Source: Burkholderiales bacterium (GTDB lineage: Bacteria; Pseudomonadota; Gammaproteobacteria; Burkholderiales; SG8-39). Taken from it: a DNA stretch of 50,294 nucleotides. Numbering within the stretch: the stretch's first letter is position 1; each line of letters begins with the position of its first letter. The notes below the pieces were generated by a model. The model saw nothing but the letters and a program-made list of their open reading frames with translations. It made no database searches and had not been told where the DNA came from. This document shows positions 12,520 to 23,976 of the stretch, one piece after another. The position numbers and the translations under genes are program-made. The stretch lies in assembly GCA_025458245.1 (NCBI GenBank), contig JALOSW010000004.1, positions 1 to 50,294 of the forward strand, in the 5' to 3' direction.

Positions 12520-13056
12520 CTACTTTGCGGCCTTGGAGTCGTCCAGGGCCTTGATCACTTTCTCGGTGATGTCGATGCGAGGGCTCGCGAACACCGCTTC
12601 CTGCAGGATCAGGTCGAACTTCTCCGACTCCGCGATCTGGCGCACGACCTTGTTGGCGCGGTCGAGCACGGCCGCGAGTTCCTCGTTCCGGCGCTGGTTG
12701 AGATCCTCGCGGAACTCCCGCTGCTTGCGCTGAAACTCGCGCGACTGCTCGCCGAGGTCGCGCTCGCGGTTGCGCCGCTCGGTATCCGACATGGTCACGG
12801 CGTTCTTCTCCATCTGCTCCTGCAGGCGCTTCAGCTGGTCGGCCAGCCGGGCAAGCTCCTGGTCGCGCTTGGAGAACTCCGCCTCGATCTTCTTCTGGGC
12901 CCGCACCGCCGGGGCCGCGTCACGGAGGATGCGATCGAGGTTGACGAAACCGACCTTGAAATCGGATTGGGCCATCGCTGCCGGCGCGGCGAGGCACGCG
13001 AGCGCAAGCGCGAAGAATCTCAGGTACTTCAACGGGCTCAAATCAGTCTCCTGCAA
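12520..13056 (-). CDS. skp: OmpH/Skp periplasmic chaperone
   Basis: Signal peptide, KVGFVN, long coiled coil and FDLILQ...DITEKVI; lies between bamA and lpxD. Confidence 0.92.
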   Translation of the reverse strand: MQETDLSPLKYLRFFALALACLAAPAAMAQSDFKVGFVNLDRILRDAAPAVRAQKKIEAEFSKRDQELARLADQLKRLQEQMEKNAVTMSDTERRNRERDLGEQSREFQRKQREFREDLNQRRNEELAAVLDRANKVVRQIAESEKFDLILQEAVFASPRIDITEKVIKALDDSKAAK

Positions 13057-13071
13057 ATGTCCCGGCCGCGC

Positions 13072-15360
13072 TCAGAACTGCTGGCCGAAGGTGAACTGGA
13101 ACCGCTGGATCCGGTCGCCCTCCTGCTCGTTGAGCGGCTGCGCGAGGAAAAGGCGCAGGGGTCCGAAGGGCGAGTTCCAGCCGAACGACAAGCCGGCAGA
13201 ATAGCGGAATCCGCCGACGTCCGACAGATTCTGCCCGGCGATGTCCGGGTTCCAGACCTGACCGACGTCGAAAAAGACTCCGAGCCGGACCGAACGATCC
13301 TGCGCCAGGCCCGGCATCGGGAACAGGATCTCCGCATTGCCGACCGCTCTACGGATGCCGCCCAGAACGCCGCCGGCCGCGTCCTGCGGACCGAGAGAGC
13401 TCTGCTCGAAGCCGCGCACGGACGAGACGCCGCCCGCATAGTAGTTCTTGTAGAAGGGCAACTGCCCGTCGCTGTATCCGCCGGCCCAACCGACCTCGCC
13501 GTTCAACCGCAGGGTGAAGATGTCGGTGATCGGGTACCACCATTGCAGCTGGTAGGTCGCCTTGTAGTAGCGCTGGTCGAGAACGGGCAGCGTCACCTCG
13601 CCGAGCGCACGGCTCACGACGCCGGTCGTCGTCCAGACCGCGCTGTCGCGCGTGTCCCGCGTCCAGTTCGCCGTTGCGATGAGCGCCTGGGTAGAGTCGC
13701 CGAATTCATTGACGTAATTGATGTACTGCGGCGGGCTGTTGTCGAACGTGGTGAGCGACACCTGCTCGTACTGGAGGCCGAAGCCGATGCGGTCGACCTC
13801 GGTCACCGGGTAGCCGAAGCGCACGCCGCCGCCCAAGGTATCGGAGATGTAGGGCGCCAACGACAGCGTCGTCGCGTCGAATCGCCGGCTGAAGGCGTCG
13901 AAACCCGCGCTGACACCGTCGACGGTGAAGTACGGGTTCGTGTAGGAGAGCGAGTAGACGCGGTTCACCGAGCCGCTGCTCACCTGCGCCTGGAGCACTT
14001 TGCCCGTGCCCAGGAAGTTGGTTTGCGCCACCGATCCCGAGAGAATCAGGCCGTCCGAGCTCGAGTAGCCGAGCCCGAAGAGCAGGTTGCCGGTCGGCTT
14101 CTCCTTGACGCGCACGGTGACGTCGACCTGATCGGTCGTTCCCGGAACCGGCTCGGTCTCCAGGCTGGTCTCGCTGAAGTAGCCGGTGCGGTCCAGGCGC
14201 CGCTTGGAGGCCTGGAGCTTCTGGCCGTCGTAGAACGAGCTCTCGAGCTGCCGGAGTTCGCGGCGGACCACCTCGTCGCGCGTTCGCGTATTGCCCACGA
14301 TGGTGATCCGGCGCACGTAGACGCGCCGGCCGGGGTCGACCATGATCGTGAACGAGACGGTGCGCTTCTCCTTGTCGATGTCCGGCACCGCGTTGGCGTT
14401 CGCGAACGCGTAGCCGTCGTTGCCGAGCCGCTCGTTGATCGCCTTGGTGCTGTCCGCGAGCTTCGCCCGCGAGAACGGCTCGCCGGGGCGGATCTGCACG
14501 AGGCGCTCGAGCTCGGCCTGGGGCACGACGAAGTCGCCGGCGAGCTTCACGCCGGACACCGTGTATTTCTCGCCCTCGGTGATGTTGATGGTGATGTAGA
14601 TGTCGCGCTTGTCCGGCGTGATCGACACCTGGGTCGAGTCGATGTTGAAATCGAGAAAGCCGCGATTGAGGTAGAACGAACGCAGACCCTCGAGGTCCGC
14701 CTGCAGCTTCTGCCGGGAGTACTGGTCGTTCTTGGTGTACCAGGTGATCCAGCCCGGCGTGGTCAGCGTGAACTGCTTGAGCAGTTCGCTCTCGGGGAAC
14801 GTGCGGTTGCCGACGATGTTGATCGACGCGATCTTCGCGACGTCGCCCTCGTCGATGGTGAAGTTGATCCCGACGCGGTTGCGGTCGAGCGGCGTGACGG
14901 TGGTCGTGACCGTGACGCCGTAACGGCCGCGGCTCAGGTACTGTTTCTTGATCTCCTGCTCGGCGGTCTCGAGCGTCGCGCGGTCGAACGTGCGGCCTTC
15001 GGCGATGCCGGCCTCGCGCAGGGCTTTCTTGACGTCCTCTTCCTTGAAGTCCTTCATCCCCACGAAGTCGATCTGCGCGATCGCGGGACGCTCCTCGACG
15101 ATGACGACGAGGACGCCCTTCTCGTTCTCGAGGCGGACGTCGCGGAAGAAGCCGGTGGCGAAGAGCGCCTTGATGGCCGTCTGCGCCTTCTCCTCGGTCA
15201 TGGTCTCGCCGACCTTGACCGGGAGGTAGCTGAAGATGGTGCCGGCCTCGATGCGCTGGATGCCCTCTACGCGAATGTCGCGGACGGTAAAGGGGTCGAA
15301 GGCCCACGCGCTGCGCGCGATGACGGCACACACGACCGCCGCGAGGACGCGTTTCCTCAT
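13072..15360 (-). CDS. bamA: outer membrane protein assembly factor BamA
   Basis: DIRVEGIQRI POTRA start, GNTRTRDEVVRRE, VRGF motif and C-terminal FQFTFGQQF beta-signal. Confidence 0.97.
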   Translation of the reverse strand: MRKRVLAAVVCAVIARSAWAFDPFTVRDIRVEGIQRIEAGTIFSYLPVKVGETMTEEKAQTAIKALFATGFFRDVRLENEKGVLVVIVEERPAIAQIDFVGMKDFKEEDVKKALREAGIAEGRTFDRATLETAEQEIKKQYLSRGRYGVTVTTTVTPLDRNRVGINFTIDEGDVAKIASINIVGNRTFPESELLKQFTLTTPGWITWYTKNDQYSRQKLQADLEGLRSFYLNRGFLDFNIDSTQVSITPDKRDIYITINITEGEKYTVSGVKLAGDFVVPQAELERLVQIRPGEPFSRAKLADSTKAINERLGNDGYAFANANAVPDIDKEKRTVSFTIMVDPGRRVYVRRITIVGNTRTRDEVVRRELRQLESSFYDGQKLQASKRRLDRTGYFSETSLETEPVPGTTDQVDVTVRVKEKPTGNLLFGLGYSSSDGLILSGSVAQTNFLGTGKVLQAQVSSGSVNRVYSLSYTNPYFTVDGVSAGFDAFSRRFDATTLSLAPYISDTLGGGVRFGYPVTEVDRIGFGLQYEQVSLTTFDNSPPQYINYVNEFGDSTQALIATANWTRDTRDSAVWTTTGVVSRALGEVTLPVLDQRYYKATYQLQWWYPITDIFTLRLNGEVGWAGGYSDGQLPFYKNYYAGGVSSVRGFEQSSLGPQDAAGGVLGGIRRAVGNAEILFPMPGLAQDRSVRLGVFFDVGQVWNPDIAGQNLSDVGGFRYSAGLSFGWNSPFGPLRLFLAQPLNEQEGDRIQRFQFTFGQQF

Positions 15361-15369
15361 CTTGCGGGA

Positions 15370-16734
15370 TTAGCCCGAGAGAAGCCGGTTGATGTCGTTA
15401 TAAAAGGCGAAGGCCATCAGGAAGAGCAGCAGCGTCAGACCGACGCGCTGTCCGAGCTCCATCGCGCGCTCGGACACCGGACTTCCCTTCACGACCTCGG
15501 CGAAATAATACATCAGGTGCCCCCCATCGAGTAAGGGGATCGGCAGCAGGTTGAGCACGCCGAGGCTGATCGAGATGAGTGCGATGAAGGAGAGATACGG
15601 GCCGAGCCCGACCTGCGCCGCCTGCCCCGCGTAGTCGGCGATCGTCACCGGCCCCGAGAGATTGCGCCACGACAGCTCGCCCGTCACCATCTTCCAGAGC
15701 ATGCGCAGGCTGAACACCGACATGTCCCATGTCTTCACGGTCGCGGCGAAGAGTGCCTCTGCGGGGCCATAGCGCACTTCTACGACGAGGTCCCGAAGGG
15801 CGTCGCGATCCACCAGCGGCGCCGCCCCGATGCGGCCGATCCGCTCGCCCTCCTTGCCCGCCGCCTCGGGCGTGACCACCACTTCGCGTTCCGTACCGTC
15901 GGCAACCACCGCGAGGCGGAGCCGCTTTCCCGCACTCGCGCGCACGACGCCGACGAAGTCGTCCCACGAATCGACAGGATCGCCGTCGACGGCCGCGATG
16001 CGATCGCCGCTCTTGAGGCCTGCGCCATCCGCTACGCCGCCGCTCACGACCCGGCCGATTACGGGCGCCATTGCCGGCCGGAAAAGCCGCAGCCCGAGCG
16101 CCGTCAGCACGTCGCCCTCGACCTGCTCGCCGTGCACGCGCGTGACGTCGAGGTCGCGCCACTGGACGTGTCCCGCAGCGTCGACGATCTCGATGCGGGC
16201 GGGTTTGCGCTCGATCGAGAGATCGAGAAGGAGCCAGCGCAGAGCCTGCCACGTTTCGATCGGCTCGCCGTTAACGCGGACGATGCGGTCGCCCGATGCG
16301 AATCCCGCGACGGCGGCCGGCGTGCCCGCATCGGGCGCGCCGACGATCGCTTTCGGCTCGGTGACGCCGCCGAGCAGCAGCACCCAGTAGATCGCGATCG
16401 CGAGCAGGAAATTCGCGATCGGCCCGGCGGCGACGATGGCGATCCGCTTGCCGACGCTCTGCCGGTTGAAGGCGCGATGGGCCTCCGCGGGATCGACCGG
16501 AGCCTCGCGCTCGTCGAGCATCTTCACGTAGCCGCCGAGCGGCAGCGCGGACACCGCCCACTCGGTCTGGTCGCGCCCGAAGCGCCGCGCCCAGAGCTGG
16601 CGCCCGAAGCCCACCGAAAAGCGCAGGACCTTGACGCCCGCAAGCTTGGCGACGAGGTAGTGACCGAGCTCGTGAAAGACGATGAGCACGCCGAGGGCGA
16701 TGATGAACGCGACGATAGTGTGCAGTAGGCTCAT
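15370..16734 (-). CDS. rseP: RIP metalloprotease RseP
   Basis: [21 protein letters not shown], two PDZ domains and [12 protein letters not shown]; ATG at 16734 overlaps the dxr stop. Confidence 0.96.
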   Translation of the reverse strand: MSLLHTIVAFIIALGVLIVFHELGHYLVAKLAGVKVLRFSVGFGRQLWARRFGRDQTEWAVSALPLGGYVKMLDEREAPVDPAEAHRAFNRQSVGKRIAIVAAGPIANFLLAIAIYWVLLLGGVTEPKAIVGAPDAGTPAAVAGFASGDRIVRVNGEPIETWQALRWLLLDLSIERKPARIEIVDAAGHVQWRDLDVTRVHGEQVEGDVLTALGLRLFRPAMAPVIGRVVSGGVADGAGLKSGDRIAAVDGDPVDSWDDFVGVVRASAGKRLRLAVVADGTEREVVVTPEAAGKEGERIGRIGAAPLVDRDALRDLVVEVRYGPAEALFAATVKTWDMSVFSLRMLWKMVTGELSWRNLSGPVTIADYAGQAAQVGLGPYLSFIALISISLGVLNLLPIPLLDGGHLMYYFAEVVKGSPVSERAMELGQRVGLTLLLFLMAFAFYNDINRLLSG

Positions 16735-17921
16735 GCTGCCCTCGCGCGCAGGGAATTCACTTCGGCGGACGCGACGGTCCGGGCGTTCCGGTCGGCTTCG
16801 AGCACGTCCTCGAGCGAGTTCGCGGCCTGCGACGGCATGCGCGCGAGAGCCGTTTCGATCACGCGCGTGATCTCGAGAAACGGCAACGTCCCGGCCAGGA
16901 ACGCCGCCACGGCGACTTCGTTCGCGGCACTGAAGGTCGCGGGCGCCGTGCCTCCGGCCGCGAGCACGCGGTAGGCGAGCGGGAGCGCCGGAAAGCGCGC
17001 GAAGTCGGGGCGCTCGAACGACAGCGTGCCGACGGCGGCGAGGTCGAGCCCGCCGACGCCGGCCTCGATCCTCTCCGGATAGGCAAGCGCCTGTGCGATC
17101 GGCGTGCGCATGTCGGGGTGGCCGAGCTGGGCGAGCACCGAGCCGTCCGCGTATTCGACCATCGAATGCACCACGCTCTGCGGGTGTACGACCACCTCGA
17201 TCCGTTCCGACGGCACGCCGAACAGCCAGTGCGCCTCGATGATCTCGAGCGCCTTGTTCATCATCGTCGCCGAGTCCACGGAGATCTTGCGGCCCATGTT
17301 CCACGTCGGATGGGCACACGCCTCGTCGGGCGTGACGCTCGCGAGCTCTGATCGGGGCCGGGTGCGGAACGGGCCGCCCGAGCCCGTGAGCAGGATGCGG
17401 CGCACGCCACCCGCGTCCAGACGTCCGGGCCGGTGCGGCGGCAGGCACTGGAAGATCGCGTTGTGCTCGCTGTCGATCGGCAGGAGCGACGCGCCCCCTT
17501 CTGCGACCGCCTGCATGAAGAGCGGCCCCGCCATCACCAGCGCTTCCTTGTTGGCCAGCAGGATCTTCTTTCCGGCCGCCGCGGCGGCAAGCGAGGATGC
17601 GAGGCCCGCCGCGCCGACGATCGCCGCCATGACGGTGTCGACGTCGTCGCTGGCGGCTACCGCGGCGAGAGCGGACGGGCCGGCAAGCACTTCACATCGC
17701 AGGCCTCGCTCACGCACGGCGCGCACAAGTTCCGCCGCTCCGACCGCGTCGGCCGCTGCGATGTACCGCGGCCGGTGCCGCGCGGCGAGTTCGACGAGGT
17801 CGGCGGCCTGACGATTCGCGGTGAGAGCCGCAACCTCGAAGCGCTCCGGATGGCGCGCGATCACGTCGAGCGTGCTGCGGCCGATGGAGCCCGTGGCGCC
17901 GAGAATCGCGACGCGCTGCAT
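16731..17921 (-). CDS. dxr: 1-deoxy-D-xylulose-5-phosphate reductoisomerase
   Basis: [41 protein letters not shown] and PDMRTPI motifs. Confidence 0.97.
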   Translation of the reverse strand: MQRVAILGATGSIGRSTLDVIARHPERFEVAALTANRQAADLVELAARHRPRYIAAADAVGAAELVRAVRERGLRCEVLAGPSALAAVAASDDVDTVMAAIVGAAGLASSLAAAAAGKKILLANKEALVMAGPLFMQAVAEGGASLLPIDSEHNAIFQCLPPHRPGRLDAGGVRRILLTGSGGPFRTRPRSELASVTPDEACAHPTWNMGRKISVDSATMMNKALEIIEAHWLFGVPSERIEVVVHPQSVVHSMVEYADGSVLAQLGHPDMRTPIAQALAYPERIEAGVGGLDLAAVGTLSFERPDFARFPALPLAYRVLAAGGTAPATFSAANEVAVAAFLAGTLPFLEITRVIETALARMPSQAANSLEDVLEADRNARTVASAEVNSLRARAA

Positions 17922-17926
17922 TCAGG

Positions 17927-18754
17927 TCAGAGGCTCAGCACCAGCGCTGCGATCGGCAGCACGGGCGTCAGCGCATCGATGCGGTCGAGCACCCCGCCAT
18001 GTCCCGGCAGGAGCCGGCTCGAATCCTTGAGCCCGGCCTGGCGCTTCAGTGCCGACTCGAAGAGGTCGCCGAGCACGCTCGCGCCCGTCAGCGCCCAGAC
18101 GAGTGCAACGAAGGCGGCGAGCCCGGCGAGCGGAGCCGGCAGACCCGGCAGAAACGCCGGCGCAAGGGTGTGCCACAGCACCGCGTAGAGCGTCGTCGCA
18201 ATGAACGCGCCGATCACGCCCTCCCAGGATTTCCCCGGGCTCACCCTCGGAGCGAGCTTCCGCTTGCCGAATGCGCGCCCGGAAAAATAGGCGGCGATGT
18301 CGGCGATCCAGACGATCGCCATCAACAACAGCAGCGGGACGGGTCCGGCGTTGCGAAGCTGCACCAGCGCGAGGACGGTCGGAACGAGGACGATCCATCC
18401 TAGCACGAGCACCAGAGCGGGCGGCGGCGCCTGCGGGAGCCGAACGAGCCATAGGCCCGCACCGAGCGCCCAGAACAGCGCTGCAGCCGCGTAAACCGGC
18501 GTGAGCCCGGTGGCGCGCCACTCGCCGGCCGGTAGCCCACCCATCCAGGCGAGGCCCGCCGCGAGGGCTGCGCTCGAGAGCGCGTATGCAATGCGCGCCG
18601 GGGGAGCGAGGCGAGCGAATCCCGCCCACTCGTAGGCGGCCGCCCCGGCGATGCCGAGGGCGAACAGGGTCCAGCCGAATGCAGGCAGCAGAAACAGCGC
18701 ACCGAGGAATACCGCTGCAAGGACGACCGCGGTAACGACCCGGGTCTTGAGCAT
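17927..18754 (-). CDS. cdsA: phosphatidate cytidylyltransferase
   Basis: Polytopic membrane protein with SPGKSWEG, GDLFESALKR and KDSSRLLPGHGGVLDRID. Confidence 0.95.
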   Translation of the reverse strand: MLKTRVVTAVVLAAVFLGALFLLPAFGWTLFALGIAGAAAYEWAGFARLAPPARIAYALSSAALAAGLAWMGGLPAGEWRATGLTPVYAAAALFWALGAGLWLVRLPQAPPPALVLVLGWIVLVPTVLALVQLRNAGPVPLLLLMAIVWIADIAAYFSGRAFGKRKLAPRVSPGKSWEGVIGAFIATTLYAVLWHTLAPAFLPGLPAPLAGLAAFVALVWALTGASVLGDLFESALKRQAGLKDSSRLLPGHGGVLDRIDALTPVLPIAALVLSL

Positions 18755-18769
18755 CGGCGGCCGGTTGCC

Positions 18770-19576
18770 TCAGGCGAGGCGCCGATGCGATGCCGTTTCG
18801 CCGGCGGAGACCGCAGGGTCTGCCGGGCGCGGGGCGTCGCCGAGCTGCTCGCTCGTGCGCCCGAATCGCCGCTCACGCGACGCGTACGACGCGATCGCGG
18901 CGTCGAGCGCAGCGGCGTCGAAGTCGGGCCAGAGGGTGTCGGTGAAGAAGAGCTCGGTGTAGGCGAGGTGCCACAGCAGGAAATTCGAGATGCGCTCTTC
19001 CCCGCCGGTGCGAATGAAAAGGTCCGGCTCGGGGGCGTAGTTGAGCGCGAGATACGGCACGAGATCGGCCTCCTCGTAACGCCCCGCGTTCTCGGGATGC
19101 GCCGCCACGAGCCGGTTCATTGCCTGCAGGAGATCCCAGCGGCCGCCGTAGTTGGCGGCGATCGTCAGGGTGAGCCGATCGTTCACCGCCGTGGACGCCT
19201 CGGCTTCCCGCACGAGATCGACGATCTTCTCGCCGAACGGCTCGAGATTGCCGATGACGCGGAGCCGGATGCCGTTGCGCCGCAGCTTCTCGACTTCCTG
19301 CTCGAGGGCAGTGCGAAACAACTGCTGCAGCACGGACACCTCGTCGGCCGGCCTGCGCCAATTCTCCGAGCTGAACGCGAACAGGGTCAGATAGCCGATG
19401 CCCCGCTCCGCACAGGCTCGGATCACGTCGCGAACCGTTTCGACGCCCCGCCGATGGCCGGCCACGCGCGGCAGGAAACGTTGCTTCGCCCAGCGCCCGT
19501 TTCCATCCATGATGATGGCGAGGTGCCGCGGGACGGCGGTCGCCTTGGGAATCTCGCGGGTCGAGCTCGTGAACAT
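18770..19576 (-). CDS. uppS: undecaprenyl diphosphate synthase
   Basis: [31 protein letters not shown] and [18 protein letters not shown]; ATG at 19576. Confidence 0.96.
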   Translation of the reverse strand: MFTSSTREIPKATAVPRHLAIIMDGNGRWAKQRFLPRVAGHRRGVETVRDVIRACAERGIGYLTLFAFSSENWRRPADEVSVLQQLFRTALEQEVEKLRRNGIRLRVIGNLEPFGEKIVDLVREAEASTAVNDRLTLTIAANYGGRWDLLQAMNRLVAAHPENAGRYEEADLVPYLALNYAPEPDLFIRTGGEERISNFLLWHLAYTELFFTDTLWPDFDAAALDAAIASYASRERRFGRTSEQLGDAPRPADPAVSAGETASHRRLA

Positions 19577-19584
19577 CGCGGCGC

Positions 19585-20145
19585 TCAAACGGCGAGCAGA
19601 TCCGCTTCTTTCTGCTGCAGGATCTTGTCCACCTCGGCCACGTAGCGGTCGGTGAGCTTCTGGACCTCGTCCTGCGCGCGCCGCTCGTCGTCCTCGGAGG
19701 TCTCCTTGGACTTGAGCAGCTCCTTGAGGTGGTGGTTCGCGTCGCGGCGCAGGTTGCGGATCGCCACGCGTGCGTTCTCGCCTTCGTGCTTCACCACCTT
19801 GATCAGCTCGCGGCGGCGCTCCTCGGTCAGAGCCGGCATCGGCACGCGCACGAGGTCGCCCTGCACGGCCGGGTTGAGGCCGAGGTCGGAGTCGCGGATG
19901 GCCTTCTCGACGGCGGGGACCATCTTCTTCTCCCAGGGCGTCACGGCGATGGTGCGTGCGTCGGCAAGCGTGACGTTCGCCACCTGCGGGACCGGCGTCG
20001 GCGAGCCGTAGTAGTCGACCATCACGTGATCGAGAATCCCCGTGTGCGCGCGGCCGGTGCGGATCTTCGCGAGGTCGTGCTTGAGCGCCTCGACCGACTT
20101 CTGCATTTTCTGCTCGGTGCTTTTCTTGATCTCCGCGATCTTCAT
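19585..20145 (-). CDS. frr: ribosome recycling factor
   Basis: [21 protein letters not shown] and [13 protein letters not shown] motifs. Confidence 0.97.
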   Translation of the reverse strand: MKIAEIKKSTEQKMQKSVEALKHDLAKIRTGRAHTGILDHVMVDYYGSPTPVPQVANVTLADARTIAVTPWEKKMVPAVEKAIRDSDLGLNPAVQGDLVRVPMPALTEERRRELIKVVKHEGENARVAIRNLRRDANHHLKELLKSKETSEDDERRAQDEVQKLTDRYVAEVDKILQQKEADLLAV

Positions 20146-20166
20146 CGTCTCCTCCTTCTGCGCGCC

Positions 20167-20883
20167 TCAGACGTGGACGAGCGTGCCCTCGTCCTCGCCC
20201 AGCACCACCCGCTTGAGGGCGCCCGCCTTGAAAATGCTGAACACCGTGACCGGCAGCTTCTGGTCGCGGCACAGCGCGAACGCGGTGGCGTCCATGACCT
20301 TGAGATCCTGCCGGATCGCCTCGTCGAAGGTGATCCGGGCATAGCGACGCGCGTCGGGATCCTTCATCGGGTCGGCGGAGTACACGCCGTCGACCTTCGT
20401 CGCCTTGAGCACGATCTCCGCGCCGATCTCGCTGCCGCGCAGCGCCGCGGCGGTATCGGTCGTGAAGAACGGGTTGCCGGTTCCCGCTGCGAACACCACC
20501 ACCTTCCCCTCTTCGAGGTAGCGGATCGCCTTCGGGCGGATGTACGGCTCGACGACCTGCTCGACGTTGATCGCCGACTGCACGCGCGCGTTGAGGCCCT
20601 TCTGTCGCATCACGTCCGCCAGCGCCAACGAGTTCATGATGGTCGCCAGCATGCCCATGTAGTCGGCGGTGGCACGGTCCATCCCCGCCGCACCGAGGGC
20701 CACGCCCCGGAAGATATTGCCGCCGCCGATGACCACGCCGATCTCGACGCCGAGCGCGGCGACCTGCGCGATCTCGCCGACGATGCGCTCCAGCGTCGTT
20801 CGGTTGATGCCGAACGGGTCTTCACCCATCAGCGCCTCGCCCGAGAGCTTCAGGAGGATCCGCTTGTAACGGGTATCGGCCAT
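20167..20883 (-). CDS. pyrH: UMP kinase
   Basis: [21 protein letters not shown] and [10 protein letters not shown] motifs. Confidence 0.97.
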   Translation of the reverse strand: MADTRYKRILLKLSGEALMGEDPFGINRTTLERIVGEIAQVAALGVEIGVVIGGGNIFRGVALGAAGMDRATADYMGMLATIMNSLALADVMRQKGLNARVQSAINVEQVVEPYIRPKAIRYLEEGKVVVFAAGTGNPFFTTDTAAALRGSEIGAEIVLKATKVDGVYSADPMKDPDARRYARITFDEAIRQDLKVMDATAFALCRDQKLPVTVFSIFKAGALKRVVLGEDEGTLVHV

Positions 20884-20902
20884 GTCGGCGCTCGCGCGAG
20901 GA

Positions 20903-21787
20903 TCAGCGGGCGCCGCTCGCCGCGGCCTGTGCCATCACCTCTGCGGCAAAGTCCGTCTGCTTCTTCTCGATGCCTTCGCCGACGACGAAGAACCGGTAGC
21001 CGCGGAGCTTCGACTTCCTCGCCGCCAACATCTTCTCGACGGTGAGCTTGTCGTCCTTGACGAACGGCTGGCCGAGAAGGGTGATGTCCGCGAGGAACTT
21101 GTTCAGGCCGCCCTCGACCATCTTGGCTGCGATCTCGGCGGGCTTGCCCGACTCCTTCGCGCGCGCCTCGAGCACCGCACGCTCGCGTGCGAGCACGTCC
21201 GCGTCGACCTCGGCCTTCGACATGAACTGGGGCTTCGCGAACGCGATGTGCATCGCGACGTCCTTACCGACCTCGTCGTCGCCCTCGAATTCGACGGTCA
21301 CCCCGATCTTCGCCCCGTGCAGATACTGCGCGAGCTTGGCATCGGTCTGGATGCGGGCGAAGCGCCGGATCGCCATGTTCTCGCCGATCTTCTGCACCAG
21401 CGCCTGCCGGCGGTTCTCGACCGTCTCCCCGCCGAGAGAAAGCGCGCTGAGCGCCGCGACGTCCGCGGGGTTGGCCTTGGCCACGAGCTCGGCGAGCGCC
21501 TTGGCGAACGCGATGAAGTCCTCGTTCTTCGCCACGAAATCGGTCTCGCTGTTCAGCTCCACCATCGCGGCGAGCTTTCCGTCCGGAGATACGAACGCCC
21601 CGATCACGCCTTCGGAGGCGACGCGGGCCGCGGCCTTGCTCGCCTTCGCGCCGCTTCTCACGCGGAGGATGTCCTCGGCCTTCTTCAGGTCGCCGCCCGC
21701 TTCTTCAAGCGCGCGCTTGCACTCCATCATGCCGAGTCCGGTGAGCTCGCGAAGCTCCTTGACCATGCCGGCGGTGATCTCTGCCAT
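20903..21787 (-). CDS. tsf: elongation factor Ts
   Basis: [31 protein letters not shown] and KIGEN motifs. Confidence 0.97.
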   Translation of the reverse strand: MAEITAGMVKELRELTGLGMMECKRALEEAGGDLKKAEDILRVRSGAKASKAAARVASEGVIGAFVSPDGKLAAMVELNSETDFVAKNEDFIAFAKALAELVAKANPADVAALSALSLGGETVENRRQALVQKIGENMAIRRFARIQTDAKLAQYLHGAKIGVTVEFEGDDEVGKDVAMHIAFAKPQFMSKAEVDADVLARERAVLEARAKESGKPAEIAAKMVEGGLNKFLADITLLGQPFVKDDKLTVEKMLAARKSKLRGYRFFVVGEGIEKKQTDFAAEVMAQAAASGAR

Positions 21788-21814
21788 TCAACTGCTCCCA
21801 GCGGTAAAACGTTC

Positions 21815-21842
21815 AAAAAAAGGGGCGTTGCGCGCCCCTTTT
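21815..21842 (-). terminator. intrinsic terminator/attenuator between rpsB and tsf
   Basis: Minus strand AAAAGGGGCG-CGCAA-CGCCCCTTTTTTT: GC stem followed by a 7-T tract. Confidence 0.8.
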
Positions 21843-21864
21843 CGTTGGTGCGGCGAGCGCGACG

Positions 21865-22617
21865 TCAGGCCGACGCCTCGTCCTCTTCCTCGACCTCGAC
21901 GAACTCGTCCGAGGCCGCGCCCAGGATTTCGGTGAGCGTCTGGCTGCGGCCCTCGAGTACCGCGTCGGCGACGCCGCGGGCGTAAAGCCGAATTGCACGG
22001 CTCGAGTCGTCGTTGCCCGGAATCACGTGCGTGACGCCGTCGGGGGAGTTGTTCGTGTCGACGACGCCGATCACCGGGATGCCGAGTTTCTTGGCTTCGG
22101 CGACGGCACCTTTCTGGTAGCCCACGTCGATGATGAATAGCGCGTCGGGAAGACCGTCCAGGCTCTTGATGCCGCCGAGGCTGCGGTCGAGCTTCTCCAG
22201 CTCGCGCTGGAAGGAAAGCCCCTCCTTCTTGGACATGCGCTCGACGGTGCCGTCGGCGACCATCGCTTCCATTTCACGCAGCCGCTTGATCGACTGCTTG
22301 ACCGTCTTGAAGTTGGTGAGCATGCCGCCGAGCCAACGGTAGTCGACGTACGGCACGCCGGCGCGGCTCGCCTCTTCCTTGACGATCTCGCGCGCCTGGC
22401 GCTTCGTGCCGACGAACAGAATCGTCCCCTTGTTCCCCGCGAGCTGGCGCACGAACTTGAGCGCCTCCTGATACATCATCATCGTCTGCTCGAGATTGAT
22501 GATGTGAATGCGGTTGCGGTGACCGAAGATATAGGGGGCCATCTTCGGGTTCCAGAAGCGGGTCTGGTGTCCGAAATGGACCCCCGCCTCCAGCATCTGA
22601 CGCATCGTGACGGACAT
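21865..22617 (-). CDS. rpsB: 30S ribosomal protein S2
   Basis: [29 protein letters not shown] and IPGNDD motifs; ATG at 22617. Confidence 0.98.
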   Translation of the reverse strand: MSVTMRQMLEAGVHFGHQTRFWNPKMAPYIFGHRNRIHIINLEQTMMMYQEALKFVRQLAGNKGTILFVGTKRQAREIVKEEASRAGVPYVDYRWLGGMLTNFKTVKQSIKRLREMEAMVADGTVERMSKKEGLSFQRELEKLDRSLGGIKSLDGLPDALFIIDVGYQKGAVAEAKKLGIPVIGVVDTNNSPDGVTHVIPGNDDSSRAIRLYARGVADAVLEGRSQTLTEILGAASDEFVEVEEEDEASA

Positions 22618-22695
22618 CGGAACTCTCCGGTTAGGGTTATCGATCGCCATCCCGACCCAAGAACCCTTGCGGGCACCCTAACGGGGGGATGGGAG
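22618..22695 (-). promoter_or_regulatory. rpsB 5' leader (t44/S2 autoregulatory-type RNA structure)
   Basis: Leader has GGGTGCCC-GCAA-GGGT and ATAACCC in the arrangement I recall from proteobacterial rpsB leaders, enclosed by a CCATCCC/GGGATGG stem. Not checked with a covariance model. Confidence 0.6.
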
Positions 22696-22728
22696 ATTTT
22701 GCCCAAGCACTTGTCGGGCAAGCCCAAA

Positions 22729-22758
22729 ATGATACCACGACCGTCCCGCCCGATTCAA
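22729..22758 (-). promoter_or_regulatory. sigma70 promoter of rpsB-tsf
   Basis: TTGAAT (22758-22753), 18-nt spacer, TATCAT (22734-22729) with an extended -10 TG. Confidence 0.55.
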
Positions 22759-22923
22759 ACTTCCGGGCCGCGGGCGAACGGGCTGGGAGGGGCTCCCAGT
22801 CGACGCGGCGGCGCGGGTTGCGGTCCGGCCAGGCCGCGTCCTGCGTTCCATCTACCGCGGCGCCAGCTCGCAACGCGCGGTGCAGCCGAACTTCGGAGGC
22901 GAACCGCGGTGCCCAAGTCCGGA

Positions 22924-22975
22924 ACGGCGCGCTGCCCGCACCCCCTGCTTCGCAGGCACCGAGTCCGCGCGCCGG
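22924..22975. repeat. 52-bp structured direct repeat, copy 1
   Basis: ACGGCGCGCTGCCCGCACCCCCTGCTTCGCAGGCACCGAGTCCGCGCGCCGG, identical to 23059-23110. Confidence 0.95.
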
Positions 22976-23058
22976 CGTCTCCCAGTCCCGACCTGACGGA
23001 CGGAACCGTCTTGCGCGATACGCCCCGCCGAGCCGACCCGCCCCGGCCCCGACGCCGG

Positions 23059-23110
23059 ACGGCGCGCTGCCCGCACCCCCTGCTTCGCAGGCACCGAGTC
23101 CGCGCGCCGG
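23059..23110. repeat. 52-bp structured direct repeat, copy 2
   Basis: Exact copy of 22924-22975, separated from it by 83 nt. Confidence 0.95.
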
Positions 23111-23165
23111 TTTGCCTCGACCGTAGGCTTGCCTTATTCTCGTCTCCCTTTTTGCAGGCAAATTC

Positions 23166-23972
23166 ATGGCTGTGGAGATCAAGACCGCGGACGAGATCGC
23201 GGCCATGCGCACGGCGGGCCGGCTTGCCGCCGAGGTGCTGGACTACATCGCGCCGCACGTCCGTGCGGGCGTCACGACCGGGGAGATCGACCGGCTCTGC
23301 CATGACTACATGGTCAACGTGCAGGGCACCGTGCCCGCGCCGCTCAATTACGCCCCGCCGGGCTACAAGCCGTTTCCGAAGTCGATCTGCACGTCCGTGA
23401 ACCATCAGGTGTGCCACGGCATTCCCGGCGACCGCGTGCTCAAGAACGGCGACGTGCTCAACATCGACGTGACCGTCATCAAGGACGGCTGGCACGGCGA
23501 CACGAGCCGGATGTTCTTCGTCGGGGAGCCTTCGGTCCAGGCGAAGCGCCTCGCCGAGACCACCTACGAGTGCATGTGGCTCGGCATCAGGCAGGTGCGC
23601 CCCGGCGCCCTCCTCGGCGACGTCGGCCACGCGATTCAGCGGCATGCGGAAGCCCGTGGCTACAGCATCGTCCGGGAATTCTGCGGACACGGCATCGGAC
23701 GGCGCTTCCACGAGGAGCCCCAGGTGCTGCACTACGGCCGCCCGGGAACCGGGCTGAAGCTGATCCCGGGCATGATCTTCACCGTGGAGCCCATGATCAA
23801 CGCCGGCAAGCCGGCGATCCGCGAACTCGCCGACGGCTGGACCATCGTGACCAAGGACCACAGCCTCTCTGCTCAGTGGGAGCACACGGTGCTGGTGACC
23901 GACGACGGCTACGAGGTCCTCACGACTTCCCCGGGCGCACCGGCGGCGCCGGAGTTCGAGCTCTCGGACTGA
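23166..23972 (+). CDS. map: methionine aminopeptidase type I
   Basis: ICTSVNHQVCHGIP, DGWHGDTSRM, FCGHGIG, FTVEPMIN and SAQWEHT motifs. Confidence 0.97.
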   Translation: MAVEIKTADEIAAMRTAGRLAAEVLDYIAPHVRAGVTTGEIDRLCHDYMVNVQGTVPAPLNYAPPGYKPFPKSICTSVNHQVCHGIPGDRVLKNGDVLNIDVTVIKDGWHGDTSRMFFVGEPSVQAKRLAETTYECMWLGIRQVRPGALLGDVGHAIQRHAEARGYSIVREFCGHGIGRRFHEEPQVLHYGRPGTGLKLIPGMIFTVEPMINAGKPAIRELADGWTIVTKDHSLSAQWEHTVLVTDDGYEVLTTSPGAPAAPEFELSD

Positions 23973-23976
23973 ACCC

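Noticed and set aside
12208-15534. 1108-aa plus-strand ORF and the many other long overlapping ORFs in the track
   Set aside because: They are antisense or off-frame shadows of well-supported genes, expected at high GC, with no recognisable motifs.
22924-23110. Two repeats plus a spacer as a mini-CRISPR array
   Set aside because: Only two units, a 52-bp repeat and 83-nt spacer outside usual ranges, and no cas genes or AT-rich leader.
22637-23212. ORFs across the rpsB-map gap with duplicated peptides
   Set aside because: The duplications come from the 52-bp DNA repeat, and the ORFs overlap promoter/leader elements with no protein-like features.
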